Origin: an uncultured archaeon
GTDB lineage: Archaea > Thermoproteota > Nitrososphaeria > Nitrososphaerales > Gagatemarchaeaceae
Reading direction: 5' to 3'
DNA length: 64,000 nucleotides
Assembly: GCA_963799775.1 (NCBI GenBank)
Contig: CAWCYD010000003.1
Coordinates: 1-64,000 of the forward strand
Positions 20,976-32,305 of the stretch are shown here, in pieces (position 1 is the first letter of the stretch; each line of letters begins with the position of its first letter). Position numbers and translations under genes: made by a program. The notes beneath the pieces are model-generated. The model worked only from the letters and a program-made list of their open reading frames with translations, was not told where the DNA came from and did not search any database.

Positions 20976-22319
20976 CAGATGCGAGCGAGAAAACCCTCGG
21001 GCTTTATCCTGGGATCGAAAGCGCGCGCGAGCATGGGGGCATAAATATGGTAAGGACGTTCCGTAGAACGGCGTGCCCATAGCTCTCCGCTTCAGACTCT
21101 ATCCTTCGTCCAAGCAAGAGGCGAGAATGCTCCACGTCATCGACGCGACAAGGCACCTCTGGAACGATGCGCTCGCGCACAGGAAGACGAGATGGGAGTT
21201 GGACAGAAAATCAACGTCTTACAACATTCAGGCAGCGATACTCACATCGGCGCGCGAGCAAGAAGCAGAGCTGAGCCGGTTGCACTCTCAGGTCGCCCAG
21301 GACGTCCTGAGGAGGCTCGACAACGCTATGAAATCGTTCTTCGCGCACCGCGCAAAGTATCCGAGGTTCAAGAAGCGCTCCAGCGCTGGGTCTTTCACAT
21401 ACCCGCAGGGCTACAACGGGTCAGCGAAGCCTGACGTGATCAGGCGAAGGCTTTATCTCTCAAAGATCGGCAATGTCAAGACAATCTTCCACAGGCCGCT
21501 CCCAAGGGACGCGCTCCTGAAGACGTGCACCATCGTGAGGGAGCCAGACGGCAAGTGGTTCGCGTCGCTCGTCTTCGAAGACGTCGTGCCGCTTCAGGAC
21601 GTCGTGACGAAGTTCGTCTCGCCAGTCGGCGTTGATCTTGGCTTGACATCACTGATAGTCACTAGCGACGGCATGGAAATACCGCATCCCCGATTTCAGA
21701 GAAGGAGCGAGAAGAAGCTCAGACACCTTCAGCGGGTGTTCTCTTGCAAGAAGAAAGGCTCGAAGAACTGGTTCAAGGCACGTCAGAGGGTGGCGTCGCA
21801 GCACGCCAAGGTCAAGAGGCAGCGTACGGACCTTAACCACAAGCTCTCGACGGGACTCGTGAAGTCGCATGATCTCATCGTGTTCGAGGACCTTCGCATC
21901 AGGAACATGGTCAGGAACCATACGCTGGCGAAATCGATCCACGATGCTGGATGGGGCCAGCTCGTCAGGCTCGCAGAGTACAAGGCGCTCTCAAAGGGGA
22001 AGCGGGTCGTAAGGGTCGATCCCGCTTACTCGACGCAGGAGTGTTCCTATTGTGGCGCGCTCAACAAGGTCTCTCTCGACGTTCGAGAGTTCATCTGCGT
22101 CGCTTGTGGCCGCCACCTGAGACGCGACCACAACTCGTCGTGCATCATTCTGGAGCGGGGACTCGCAAAGGTAGGGCAGGGCATGCCCGAACTCAAGCCT
22201 GTGGAGATCGAGCCCCTACTCGTCCAGACAACTGGGCGAGCAAGCTCTCTCGGTGAAGCAGGAACTATAGGCCCGCAAGGGCTGGAAGCCCACGGTCTTT
22301 GGCCGTGGGAGGATGTCAC
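20976..22319 (+). mobile_element. IS200/IS605-family (IS1341-type) solo tnpB element
   Basis: Left-end hairpin-like region (aaaccctcgggctttatcctggga) after TTTAT; right-end hairpin CCCACGG-tctttgg-CCGTGGG ending GGATGTCAC. No tnpA. Confidence 0.8.
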
Positions 22320-22341
22320 CTGGACTAGGTGCCGAAGATAG
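21073..22341 (+). CDS. tnpB: RNA-guided endonuclease TnpB
   Basis: FRLYP HTH, RuvC residues in VGVDLG / VFEDL / RDHN, and zinc finger CSYC...CVAC. Confidence 0.95.
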   Translation: MPIALRFRLYPSSKQEARMLHVIDATRHLWNDALAHRKTRWELDRKSTSYNIQAAILTSAREQEAELSRLHSQVAQDVLRRLDNAMKSFFAHRAKYPRFKKRSSAGSFTYPQGYNGSAKPDVIRRRLYLSKIGNVKTIFHRPLPRDALLKTCTIVREPDGKWFASLVFEDVVPLQDVVTKFVSPVGVDLGLTSLIVTSDGMEIPHPRFQRRSEKKLRHLQRVFSCKKKGSKNWFKARQRVASQHAKVKRQRTDLNHKLSTGLVKSHDLIVFEDLRIRNMVRNHTLAKSIHDAGWGQLVRLAEYKALSKGKRVVRVDPAYSTQECSYCGALNKVSLDVREFICVACGRHLRRDHNSSCIILERGLAKVGQGMPELKPVEIEPLLVQTTGRASSLGEAGTIGPQGLEAHGLWPWEDVTWTRCRR

Positions 22342-22355
22342 CGGGACGTGGCGCA

Positions 22356-24368
22356 ATGAGTGCCGATGCCCGACCCACACCATCTCTCAAGGCCCTGCTC
22401 TCTCCCCGGAGCATCGCCGTCGTCGGCGCCTCGCACGACAGGATGAAGATAGGCAACGTCGTGCTCAGGAACCTCGCAGCCACGTTCGAGGGGAAGTTAT
22501 GCGCGGTCAACTCCTCCGGCGGCGACGTCGAGGGGAAAAAGGCCTACGCTTCGCTCGCAGACGTAGAAGGCGAAGTAGACCTCGCGGTCGTGGTCGTCCC
22601 CAGAGATGCAGTCCCTGACGTGATGAGAGATGCCGCGAAGAAGCACGTCAAGGCGGCCGTGATCATCACATCTGGTTTCAAGGAAGTGGACGAGCACGGG
22701 GCCGAGCTGGAAGCCGAGGTACGTCATATCGCAGAGACCGGGGGAATCAGGGTCTTCGGCCCCAACACCTTGGGGCTCATCACACCCTCGTTCAACGCCA
22801 CCTTCGCGTTCTCAGAGATCCCTAGGGGGAAGGTCGCCCGGTCGCCCAGAGCGGAGGTCTCGGGATGTACATGCTCGAATGGGCAAAGAGAAGCAGCACT
22901 GGCATCAGCTACTTTGTGAGCCTTGGCAACCAAGCGGACGTCGCGGAATCTGAGGTGATCGATTTCCTCGCCGACGATGCCGAGACGGGTGTGATCTTCG
23001 TCTACCTGGAGAGCGTGAGCGACGGAGCCAGGTTCTTGGAGCGGGTGCCGAACGCGACGAAGAAGAAACCAGTGGTCTTCCTGAAGGGGGGCCGCGGAAA
23101 GAGAGGGTCGGAGGCGGCAAGGGCCACACACAGGCAGCATGGCTGGATCTGCCGACGTGTTCAAGGCGGCGGTGAACGCCGTCGGCGGGATGCTGGCCGA
23201 GAACCTGGAAGACTCCCTGAACCTGGCGAGGCTCTTGACAGGCGAAGAGGCGATCAAGCCAGAGCTCCTCGTGGTCACCAACTCAGGCGGACATGGGGTC
23301 ATCACGACGGACGAGGCCGAGCGCTACTCGCTCCGGCTCCACGCGATTCCGCAGAGCACGATCGACAATCTCTCGGCCATCCTGCCCCCCCACGTGAGGC
23401 CCCGGAACCCGCTGGACTTGTCCGGAGACTCCGGAGTCGAGAGGTATCGAGCGGCGCTCGCTCAGGTGCAAGACCTGGACTGCACGAAGCTCGTCCTTGT
23501 CCAATCCATGCCTCTCCTCAGCTGCACGCTGGTTGCGAATGCGCTTGTCGGATTCAGGGGCAAGAGCCTTGTCGGGGTCATGATGGGGACCGATGAGGAC
23601 GCAGCGGTCAAAGTCCTCGACCTCGCAGGGATCCCTAGCTTCAGGTACCCCGAGGACGCTGTACGGGCCATCCACTACTATGTTGCCCGTCCCCTCCCCA
23701 GGACGAAGGTTCGAGCCTCTAACCCTCCCGACGGGGTCACGGCTCTCATCTCAGGAAGACGGACTCTGACGGACAGAGACGGACTCGCGCTCGTCGAGAA
23801 GTACGGGATCAAGACTCCCAGATATGGATTCGTTGCAACGGCTGCCGAGGCGACGGCTCTTTCAAAGGAAATCGGGTTTCCCGTCGTCATGAAGGTCTCT
23901 CCCGATGCGCCCATCCACAAGACCGAGGTCAACGGGGTGAGGTTGAACCTCGCGCAGGAGGAAGACGTGATCTCGGCGTTCGCCGAGCTCTCCCGAATCA
24001 CTCCCCGGGTGCTGATCCAACAACAGGTCAGCGGCCTCGAAGTGCTGGTGGGAGCGCTCAACGACCCGAATTTCGGTCAGACGGTCATCGTCTCGGCAGG
24101 TGGGATATACGCCGAGGTGGTGGGCACCCCGTCGCACAGGCTCGCCCCCATCTCCAGAGACGAGGCTGAGGAGATGCTGTGGGAGAGCAAGGTCTCTAAC
24201 ATGCTGAATGCGAGAAACAGAGGGTACGACGGGGGTTCACTTATCGAGACCCTCATCCAGGTCTCTAGGATGGTGGTCGACATCCCAATCAAGGAGATGG
24301 ACCTCAACCCCGTCATCGTCAACGCGCAAGGAGCCTTCGCTGTCGACGTCCGGACCATCTTGGAATGA
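22356..24368 (+). CDS. Acetate/acyl-CoA ligase (ADP-forming), alpha-beta fusion, two frameshifts
   Basis: PRSIAVVGAS, GPNTLG, SLGNQAD, TNSGG, NPLDL, and ATP-grasp motifs GFPVVMK, HKTE and MDLNPVI. Confidence 0.92.
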
Positions 24369-24507
24369 GACCGGGACCCTCCTGTGTCGCCCTGAGCTCC
24401 TTCCGAAGCGCAAGCCGGGATTTCAGGCTGCCCTCGTTGTCAAAGTTGAGAATCGTCTGGCCCCTTTTTATTGCAAGGGCTCTATTAGACCAGAGACTGA
24501 AAAGACA

Positions 24508-25107
24508 TTGAATCGCAACAAAAAGAAGACGATAGCCACAGGGATACTCGTCGCGACCTCGCTCGCGCTGTTGCTCGCTCCCGCGTCTCTGGCCGCTGCT
24601 CCCGCCCCCCAGGTCGGGACCACGACGGGACCGCACTCCATCTGGTGGGCGTCCTCGGTCTGGAACAACAGGATACCCGGGGACACGATCCGTTATCTCT
24701 TGCTTGTCTACAACGAGGATCCTGCTAATGCATCCATGACGCTGAAGACTCTGACGCTTCAGACCCCGTGGGGCAACTACAGCGACACCAGTCTGCCGTC
24801 GACTCTTTGTCCGAGCTGCAGATATGCCTGGGCCCAGTACCTCACCATCCCGACTTCGCAGCAAACTCCAGCCAACGTCACTTTCTACACCAGGCTCACC
24901 GGGAACTACGGCTCAGGGTCAGAGCTCTGCACTGACACCGGGAGTGTGTGCGAGGATGTGACCCCGGTCACCATCTCAGCGAACTCATCGTCTCTCCAAA
25001 GCACCCTCAACACCTACACCAATCTCTACCTACCGCTGGGGATTGCGATCCCGAGCCTCATCGCTGTGCTCTTCATCGCCCTCTACGTGAGAAAGCCTTC
25101 CCTCTAG
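24508..25107 (+). CDS. Secreted protein with C-terminal TM anchor
   Basis: Signal peptide (NRNKKKTIATGILV...), Cys pairs and C-terminal LPLGIAIPSLIAVLFIALYVRK. Confidence 0.7.
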   Translation: MNRNKKKTIATGILVATSLALLLAPASLAAAPAPQVGTTTGPHSIWWASSVWNNRIPGDTIRYLLLVYNEDPANASMTLKTLTLQTPWGNYSDTSLPSTLCPSCRYAWAQYLTIPTSQQTPANVTFYTRLTGNYGSGSELCTDTGSVCEDVTPVTISANSSSLQSTLNTYTNLYLPLGIAIPSLIAVLFIALYVRKPSL

Positions 25108-25164
25108 CCTTTGACTGACATCGGGTCGTCGGCGCCCCACCGATGACCCGGTTCACGACCGCCA

Positions 25165-26485
25165 TCACAGCCCGTAGGCAGAGGCATATCCCTTCAGCGC
25201 CTTCTTGAAGAGCTCGAGCGGCAGCGAGACGATCCCCGCCCCTATCTGTCCCACACCAGGTCTCTTGTGCGCGATCCCGGTATTCAGCTTGGGGGTGATC
25301 CCCGTCTCAAGCACCTTGCGTATGTCGATGCCGACCGGGGTCCCCCTCGAATCCAGATAGGGTATGCGGAAGTACTTGTGCTCGGCCTGGGTGATCCTGT
25401 ACATCTGTGTGGTGATATCCACGGCCGAGCTGACGCTCCCGCCAACCCATGAGACTATGGCAGGGGCTGCCGCCATCGCGAACCCACCGTACCCCGCCGT
25501 CTCTGTGATCGCGCTGTCTCCAATGTCAGGATTCGCATCTTCCTTGCCATAGCCCGGGAACCAAACGCCCGTGGGGACAGGAGCCGGGGACGTGTACCAC
25601 TCGTCCTTCGTCCCGCTCACCCAGATCCCAACATCGGTCCCGTTCCTCGAGATGGCAGAGACCACGGTGCTCTTCGTGACCTGATGGCCAGCCAGCGTCA
25701 TCGCCTTGGCCGCCGCCATGACCACGTTGAGCATGGTGAAGTTGTTCTCCCCTAGGAACCTCAAGGCCTCCGCCGCGTCCCTTCTTGCGCCCGTGGCGTT
25801 CACGATGTGCGGGCCAAGCTTCTCCACGAGCAAGGCTGTCGCGGCGTTGCACCTGTTGTGGCAGTCGTCACCCATCGTGAGCGCTTGGGCTATCATGGGC
25901 TTGAGTGATACTCCCCGCCCCTCGCTCTTTCGCAGGTCTCGCAGCGCTTCTTTCATTATCGGGGCGATGGACCTTCTCGATCCACCTCAACCGCTCGATG
26001 ACTTCTGGACCGAAAGCGCCGAACCTGAGCACCTTCCCTATCCCCTCGTTGAAGTTGGAGAAGGTAGACCTCCTTCCAGTGTCGCTGACCTCATACACGG
26101 GCATGCTGGGCGAGATCACGCCTGCCATGGGCCCGACAGCGTTGCGATGGTTGTTGCAGTCCAGTTCCACTTCGCCCGCCTCGACCATCGCTTGGGCTTC
26201 AGCTGTTTTGCGTGCCCAACCTTCGTAGATTATGGAGCCGATGACCGCCCCTCTCATTGGCCCGCTCATCCTCTCCCATGTCAAGGGTGGACCAGCGTGA
26301 AGCAAGGTCTTTCGCATCCCCGAGATTTTTTCCCTCGCCGCACCCACGTCGACGAGCGTCGGTTCCGAGTCCATCATGAGCCGGACGGCTTCTGAGTTCG
26401 CGCTCTCTACCTCCTCTTTGAAGCCTGGCAAGAGGACTCTTGCTCGCCGTGCGCGTTCTAATCTGATAAAAAGTGTTGCAACCAT
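25165..26485 (-). CDS. DUF1116 family protein (YlbE/AllG, YahG-like), paralog 1, frameshifted near 25960
   Basis: LLHAGPP, AVGPMAGVISPSMPV, NEGIGKVLRFGA, MGDDCHNR, RNG, DIGDSAITET and NTGIAHK.PGVGQIGAG. Confidence 0.9.
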
Positions 26486-26522
26486 GAGGGCCGAGTCAGC
26501 TTATTTCTCTCATATACCCAGC

Positions 26523-27973
26523 ATGCCGACGACGCCGTGGCAACGGATGGAGATACCTGCCCACCTCAAGCTCACCATACGAGAACTCGCTCCCCTGATC
26601 AGGGCCGGAGCGGTCTCCCCCGTCGAGCTGGTGGAGAGCCACCTGGGCTGGATAAAGCAGCTCGATCCGACCTTGAACGCGTTCATCTCAGTCCGCGAAC
26701 AGGAGGCTATCGCCGAGGCCAAAGCGTCGCAGCGCCTGCTCCGGCGAGGCGAGTATCTGGGCCCGCTGCACGGCGTGCCGATGGCGGTGAAGGACAACAT
26801 ATGGGTGGAGGGCACGAGATGCACGATGGGCTCGAAGGTGATGGCAGACTTCGTGCCGAAGAGGGACGCTGCCTGCGTCGCGAAGCTTCGAAGGGCGGGA
26901 GCGATTATAGTCGGAAAGACCAACACTCACGAGTTCGCCTCTGGCGTCACGAGCGTCAACCCCCACTACGGCCCGGTGAGGAACCCTTGGGACACTTCCA
27001 GGATGTCCGGCGGGTCGAGCGGCGGGTCTGCTGCCGCGGTCTCGTCATGCATGTCGACCGCTGCCATCGGCACGGAGACCACGGGCTCCGTGAGGATCCC
27101 CGCGAGCCTCTGCGGCCTCGTCGGACTCAAATCGAGCCTCGGGAGAGTGAGCACCTATGGCGTCTTCCCTCTCGCAAAGTCGATGGACTGCGTCGGAGCG
27201 CTGGCGAAGACCACATGGGACGCGGCGGTCGTCCTGAACGCGATGGCGGGCCACGACGACAGGGATAGCGGCACCTCCGGCACGCCCGAACCTTCCGACT
27301 ACGCGGCAGCCTCCGCGAAGCGGACGAAGAAGGAGCTCAAGGTCGGGATACCTCGAGACTACTTCCTGGACATCCTCGACCCAGAAGTAAGGCGGTCCTT
27401 CTTCAGGTTCGTGGAGAAGCTCTCGTCCATCGGGTCCTGACGGCAGACTTCGTCTTTCCGGACGTCTCGAAGGTCCAGGACATCTGGAGGCCGATAAGGT
27501 TCGCCGAGCCGGCCGCCGTCCACTACGACCTCTTCAGAGAGAGGCGGGCCGAATACGGCCAGGACGTCGCGCGGATGCTCGACGAAGGCCTGAAGGTCTC
27601 GGCTGCGACCTACATCCGCGCCCTTGGTGCGAGGGAGAAGATGCTCGCCGGCCTGACCAAGGCAATGAAAGGATTCGACGCCCTCGCCCTCCCGACCACC
27701 ATCTTGCCCGCGCCGAGGATTGAGGAGACGACCGTCACGGTGGGTGAAGATAAGATGGACGTATACATCGCCCTCGGACGACTCACTCTCGCGACGAGCG
27801 TGCTGGGACTTCCCAGCGTAAGCTTCCCGATAGGGCTCTCAAGCGGAGGGCTCCCCATGGGCGCACAGCTGGTGGGCCTGCCCTTCACCGAGGGCACGAT
27901 CCTCAGGATCGCCAGCCTCTACGAATCGAGCGTCGACGGGGGCTTCGCGTCCTTCACCCCGAGCTTTCGTTGA
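26523..27973 (+). CDS. Amidase-signature family enzyme (Ser-cisSer-Lys), frameshifted near 27440
   Basis: LHGVPMAVKDN, GKTNTHEFA, GGSSGGSAAAV and GTETTGSVRIPASLCG. Confidence 0.92.
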
Positions 27974-27976
27974 ACG

Positions 27977-28918
27977 TCACTTGGTTATCGACGTGCCGCT
28001 CTTCCCCTCAAGGGCCTGGATCGCGCTTCCGAGCTTCGCGATGACAGCGAGCGACCCGCCCCTCTCCACGAACCTGGTGCACGCGACCACCTTGGGTAGC
28101 ATGCTGCCCGAGAGGAACTGACCTTCGGCGGCCCACTTCTTTGCCTGCGCGACCGTCATCGTCGTGATGTCTGACTCGGTGGGCTTGCCGAAATCGTGTT
28201 TGACGTGGTCTATGTCGGTCAGGATGAGGAGGCCAGCGGCGTCGACGTCCTCGGCGACCCTCTCCGCGGCGAGGTCCTTGTCAATCACCGCGTCGACCCC
28301 TTCGAGCTCTCCTCTTTCGTTCAAGGCTACGGGGACGCCGCCCCCTCCGGAGCAGATCAGGGAGATGCCCGAGTCGACGAGCTGCCTGATCACCGCCGAC
28401 TCGACTATCCGGACTGGCTCAGGAGACGGCACCACGCGGCGGAAGGCCTTGCGCCCCGTCGGCTTCACCTTGACGACCGACATGCCCTTCGCTGCCAGCC
28501 TCTGGGCAGTCTCGGAGTCGTAGAAGCTGCCCACGGGCTTTGATGGAGCGCCGAACGCGGGGTCCTTGCGGTCGACGATGGTGTGCGTTATCACGGAGAT
28601 GACAGGGAAAGTCCTCGACTTTTCCGAGAGGAGGTCGATCATCGTCCGTTGGATCATCGAGCCGATCTCGCCCTGGGTCATCGCCCCTAGGAGGTGGAGC
28701 GGCTTCTCAGGGACCTGCTCTCTGGCCTCCTCCTGTTGGAGGAGCAGGTCCCCGACCTGGGGCCCGTTGCCGTGGGTTATGATCGGTTGGTGGCCGTGCT
28801 TGATCAGCTCGACCAGGTCCTTGCAGGCGACGCGGATGTTGCCCATCTGCGCTGCGTAGCCTCTGTCTCCCTCCTCAGACTCGAGCGCGTTGCCGCCGAG
28901 GGCGACGACCACCTTCAA
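27977..28918 (-). CDS. arcC: Carbamate kinase
   Basis: VVALGGNAL, THGNGPQVG, KPVG, RRVVPSPEP, GGGGVPV, AVIDKD and GSMLPKV. Confidence 0.96.
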   Translation of the reverse strand: MKVVVALGGNALESEEGDRGYAAQMGNIRVACKDLVELIKHGHQPIITHGNGPQVGDLLLQQEEAREQVPEKPLHLLGAMTQGEIGSMIQRTMIDLLSEKSRTFPVISVITHTIVDRKDPAFGAPSKPVGSFYDSETAQRLAAKGMSVVKVKPTGRKAFRRVVPSPEPVRIVESAVIRQLVDSGISLICSGGGGVPVALNERGELEGVDAVIDKDLAAERVAEDVDAAGLLILTDIDHVKHDFGKPTESDITTMTVAQAKKWAAEGQFLSGSMLPKVVACTRFVERGGSLAVIAKLGSAIQALEGKSGTSITK

Positions 28919-29003
28919 GATTTAGAATTCTCCGATTGGAAAATATAAGGTTTCAAGCGGAGAACCGCTAAATAGGTTCTAGGACAACGACGGCGGTCGC
29001 GTA

Positions 29004-30260
29004 GTGTCGTCCTCTCTCGGCTCTGAAATCGACAAGGCCAACGCGAAGGCGGTCGAGAAGGTAATCGCGGCCGAGGCAGTCCTCACCGAGATCAGCCCAG
29101 CCGGCAAGGTCATCCCCGGGTTCAAGTCAGACCTCGTCACGTACGCAGGTCCTCCGATCGCTTGGGAGAGGATGGTAAAGCCCCAGAAGCTCGCCATCAT
29201 GGGCGTGATGGTCCACGAAGGCCTCGCGAGCAGCCTGAAGGAGGCGGAGAAGAAGGCGAACAGGGGGGACGTCAGGCTGGAACACAATCACAAGTACGGG
29301 AACACGAGCGGGATGTGCGGGGTCACCTCGGCCTCCCTTCCCGTGATGGTCGTCATGAACAAGGTCAATGGGAACAAGGCCTACAACTGGCAGCAGGCTG
29401 ACCTGACCGCCTTTGGGGACGAGTACAAGAGGGCCATCAAGGAGATCGAGTTCGTCGAGAAGATACTCTCGCCTGTCATCACGGCCGCCCTGAAGGAGGC
29501 CGGCGGGTTCAACGTCAAGGACATGCTGGCGAAGGGTCTTGGGATGGGCGACGAGCTGCACGGCAACTTCGACGCCTGCCGGGGCGTCTTCCTGAACGCG
29601 ATGCTCCCTCACCTCGAGCGGACCGGCTTCTCGAAGAGCGTCCTTGCGAAGGTAGGAGACTACTTTGTCTCCAACCAGGGACGCTGGTATTGCGGCAACA
29701 TGATGATGGCCGCGTGCAAGGCGATGATGGACGTCGCGAGGGACACAAAGTACAGCACGGTCGTCGTGGCCATGGCGAGGAACGGGGTAGAGTTCGGCAT
29801 CCAGGTCAGCGGCTTGGGGAACGAATGGTTCACCGGCCCCGCCGGCGTCATCAAGGGTTTCGCCTTCCCCGGCTTCAAGGCGGAGGACTCGACGCTCGAC
29901 ATCGGCGACAGCGCGATATCGGAGACCCGCGGGCTCGGAGGGACGGCCTCCGCGGCGTCGCCCGGGCACTCGAGGTTCGTCGGCAAGAGCTGGAGCGACG
30001 TCCTCGCGCACACGGAGAAGATGCGCGAGGCATCCGTCTCGGAGGATCCCCTCTTCAGGATCCCATATCTCGATTTTCGTGGTGTCCCAGTGGGCCTGGA
30101 CATCCGGAAGGTCCTGGAGCTCCAAGCCCCGCCAAAGATCAACACGGCGATGTGCGACAAGGACGGAGGGCACGGGTTGATAGGGGCAGGTGCGGCGGAC
30201 GCGCCGCTCGAACCATTCAAGAAGGGCGTCAAGGCCTTTGTTGAGAAATACGGAAAGTGA
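29004..30260 (+). CDS. DUF1116 family protein, divergent paralog 2
   Basis: YAGPP, MGDELHGN, MARNG, DIGDSAISET and INTAM...IGAG. Confidence 0.88.
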   Translation: MSSSLGSEIDKANAKAVEKVIAAEAVLTEISPAGKVIPGFKSDLVTYAGPPIAWERMVKPQKLAIMGVMVHEGLASSLKEAEKKANRGDVRLEHNHKYGNTSGMCGVTSASLPVMVVMNKVNGNKAYNWQQADLTAFGDEYKRAIKEIEFVEKILSPVITAALKEAGGFNVKDMLAKGLGMGDELHGNFDACRGVFLNAMLPHLERTGFSKSVLAKVGDYFVSNQGRWYCGNMMMAACKAMMDVARDTKYSTVVVAMARNGVEFGIQVSGLGNEWFTGPAGVIKGFAFPGFKAEDSTLDIGDSAISETRGLGGTASAASPGHSRFVGKSWSDVLAHTEKMREASVSEDPLFRIPYLDFRGVPVGLDIRKVLELQAPPKINTAMCDKDGGHGLIGAGAADAPLEPFKKGVKAFVEKYGK

Positions 30261-30316
30261 ATTCAGGAGCCCGCGTCCGATGAGCTTCGGGGAGACCCTC
30301 TAGCTGGGGTTGCTGG

Positions 30317-31354
30317 ATGCAGGCTTCGTCTCGGCTGAGGGACTCTCTCTCCTACGTGCTGGGGGTGGTCGTCTCGCTTGCGATATTCTCGGTCATCCTG
30401 CTGTCTTTCGGGTACGAGCCGCTGCCCAACCTTGAGGGGCTCGTCACGGGGTCGTTCGGTTCTGTCTTCCTCGCCTCCGAGACTTTCGTCCTGATGGCCC
30501 CTCTGCTCCTGGCCGCTCTTGCCTTCCTCGTTCCCTTCAGGGCGAGATTCTACAACATAGGCGTCGAAGGTCAGATCTACGTTGGGGCGCTCGCGACCTA
30601 TCTGGCCGGGTCCCAGGTCGGGGGCCTGCCCAGCGCGCTGGCGATCCCTGTGGTCGTCCTCGCGGCTGCCGCCGGAGGGACGCTGTGGTTGGCCCTACCG
30701 CTCGTGATGAGGGTCAAGCTCAACGTCAACGAGATCTTTCCCACGCTCGTGATGAACTTCGTGGCAATCGACCTTGTGAACTGGCTCACAGCGGGCCCGA
30801 TAAAGGCCCCGGGCTCGGCGAACCTGGAGACGCCCTTCCTCCCGATCTCCACGTGGCTCCCTGTCGTCCCCGGGACCGAGGTCGACCTGGGGGTCTTCAT
30901 CGCAGCGGCAGCCGCCGTCATCGTCTACTTCGTGATCTACAGGACCGTCCTGGGCTTTGAGATCAGGGCGTCGGGGGCGAACCCTCGGGCAGCCAAGGGC
31001 GGGGGAATCGACGTCTCGAGGAGCATTCTCGTCGTGGGCGTGATGAGCGGCGCGCTGGCCGGTCTCGCCGGGATGGTCGTGGTCGCGGGCCAGGAGCATC
31101 TCCTCGCCCAGAACTTCTCGCCGGGGTATGGATACAACGGGATCTCTGTGTCCGCGCTTGGTGCCTTCCATCCCTTGGGCTCGGTCGTCTCCGCTGTGCT
31201 CTACTCTGCCCTCTGGATAGGCGGCGAAGGGCTCCAAAGAAGCTCCGAAGCCGTCCCGATCCAGCTCGTCTTCGCCCTCCAAGCGATCATCGTCCTCTCT
31301 GTGCTTGTCGTCAAGAAGGCGCTCGACGACAGGAGAAGCGGGGGTAGTCGCTGA
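30317..31354 (+). CDS. ABC transporter permease (nucleoside/BMP type)
   Basis: FYNIGVEGQ, NEI..TLVMN, G.EIRASGANP.AA and SGALAGLAG. Confidence 0.92.
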   Translation: MQASSRLRDSLSYVLGVVVSLAIFSVILLSFGYEPLPNLEGLVTGSFGSVFLASETFVLMAPLLLAALAFLVPFRARFYNIGVEGQIYVGALATYLAGSQVGGLPSALAIPVVVLAAAAGGTLWLALPLVMRVKLNVNEIFPTLVMNFVAIDLVNWLTAGPIKAPGSANLETPFLPISTWLPVVPGTEVDLGVFIAAAAAVIVYFVIYRTVLGFEIRASGANPRAAKGGGIDVSRSILVVGVMSGALAGLAGMVVVAGQEHLLAQNFSPGYGYNGISVSALGAFHPLGSVVSAVLYSALWIGGEGLQRSSEAVPIQLVFALQAIIVLSVLVVKKALDDRRSGGSR

Positions 31355-31357
31355 GCG

Positions 31358-32305
31358 ATGGCCATCGCATACCCGGAACTGGTTGTCTCCATCCTTGCCA
31401 CCAGTCTCACCCTGACGATGCCAATCCTCTACGCGTCGGTCGGGGAGGTCTACGCGGAGAGGTCCGGGGCCCTCAACATGAGCATCGAGGGTATCATGAC
31501 CCTTTCGGCCCTTGTCTCTCTGTGGGTCGCCTACTCGACCGGTTCCTATCTCGATGGGTTCCTCGCGGCCATGGGCGCGGCGGCTGCTGTCGGGCTCTTG
31601 TTTTCGTTCGTGACCGTCAAGGTAGGGATAAACCAGCTCATCGTGGGCCTGCTAATCTACAGCCTGGCGGGGGCCATCGCTGACTTCGGCTACCAGCTCC
31701 TGACCCAGAAGACCTTCCCCATAATCCACCCCATCCTTCCGATCCACATCTCCGGGCTCAGCGACCTGCCGGTCGTCGGACCGATCCTCTTCAGCCAGAA
31801 CTACCTGGTGTACGGCTCCTTCGCCGTCGCGCTGGTCCTCGGCCTTGTCTTGCACAAGACCACCTGGGGGCTCAAGATAAGGGCCGTGGGCGAGAACCCG
31901 GAGGCCGCCGACGCTGCCGGGATAAACGTGAACCTCGTGCGCCACCTTTGCGTGATTCTCGGAGCCGTCTTGGCGGGTGTCGCGGGCGCTTCCCTTGTCA
32001 TAGGCTACCTCGGTCTCTACAACGCGGGAGACACGCTGGTGGCGGGCCGTGGCTGGATTGCGATAGTGGTCGTCATCTTCGCGAGGTGGAGCCCCTACAA
32101 AGCGATCGCCGGAAGCTGGCTCTTTGGTCTCGGGTATGCGATAGCAGCCATATTCATCGGTTCGAACATCTTCTCCGCCCTTGGGGCAGGGACGGGCTAC
32201 TTCCTGCTGACCATTCCTTACATCTTCGCCATAGTCTTCATCCTTATCTTCCACAGAGGGACGAGACCGCCGTCTTCTCTTACGGTCCCTTACAAGCGAA
32301 AGTGA
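31358..32305 (+). CDS. ABC transporter permease (nucleoside/BMP type)
   Basis: ERSGALNMSIEG, RAVGENPEAADAAGINV and AGRGWIA. Confidence 0.92.
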   Translation: MAIAYPELVVSILATSLTLTMPILYASVGEVYAERSGALNMSIEGIMTLSALVSLWVAYSTGSYLDGFLAAMGAAAAVGLLFSFVTVKVGINQLIVGLLIYSLAGAIADFGYQLLTQKTFPIIHPILPIHISGLSDLPVVGPILFSQNYLVYGSFAVALVLGLVLHKTTWGLKIRAVGENPEAADAAGINVNLVRHLCVILGAVLAGVAGASLVIGYLGLYNAGDTLVAGRGWIAIVVVIFARWSPYKAIAGSWLFGLGYAIAAIFIGSNIFSALGAGTGYFLLTIPYIFAIVFILIFHRGTRPPSSLTVPYKRK

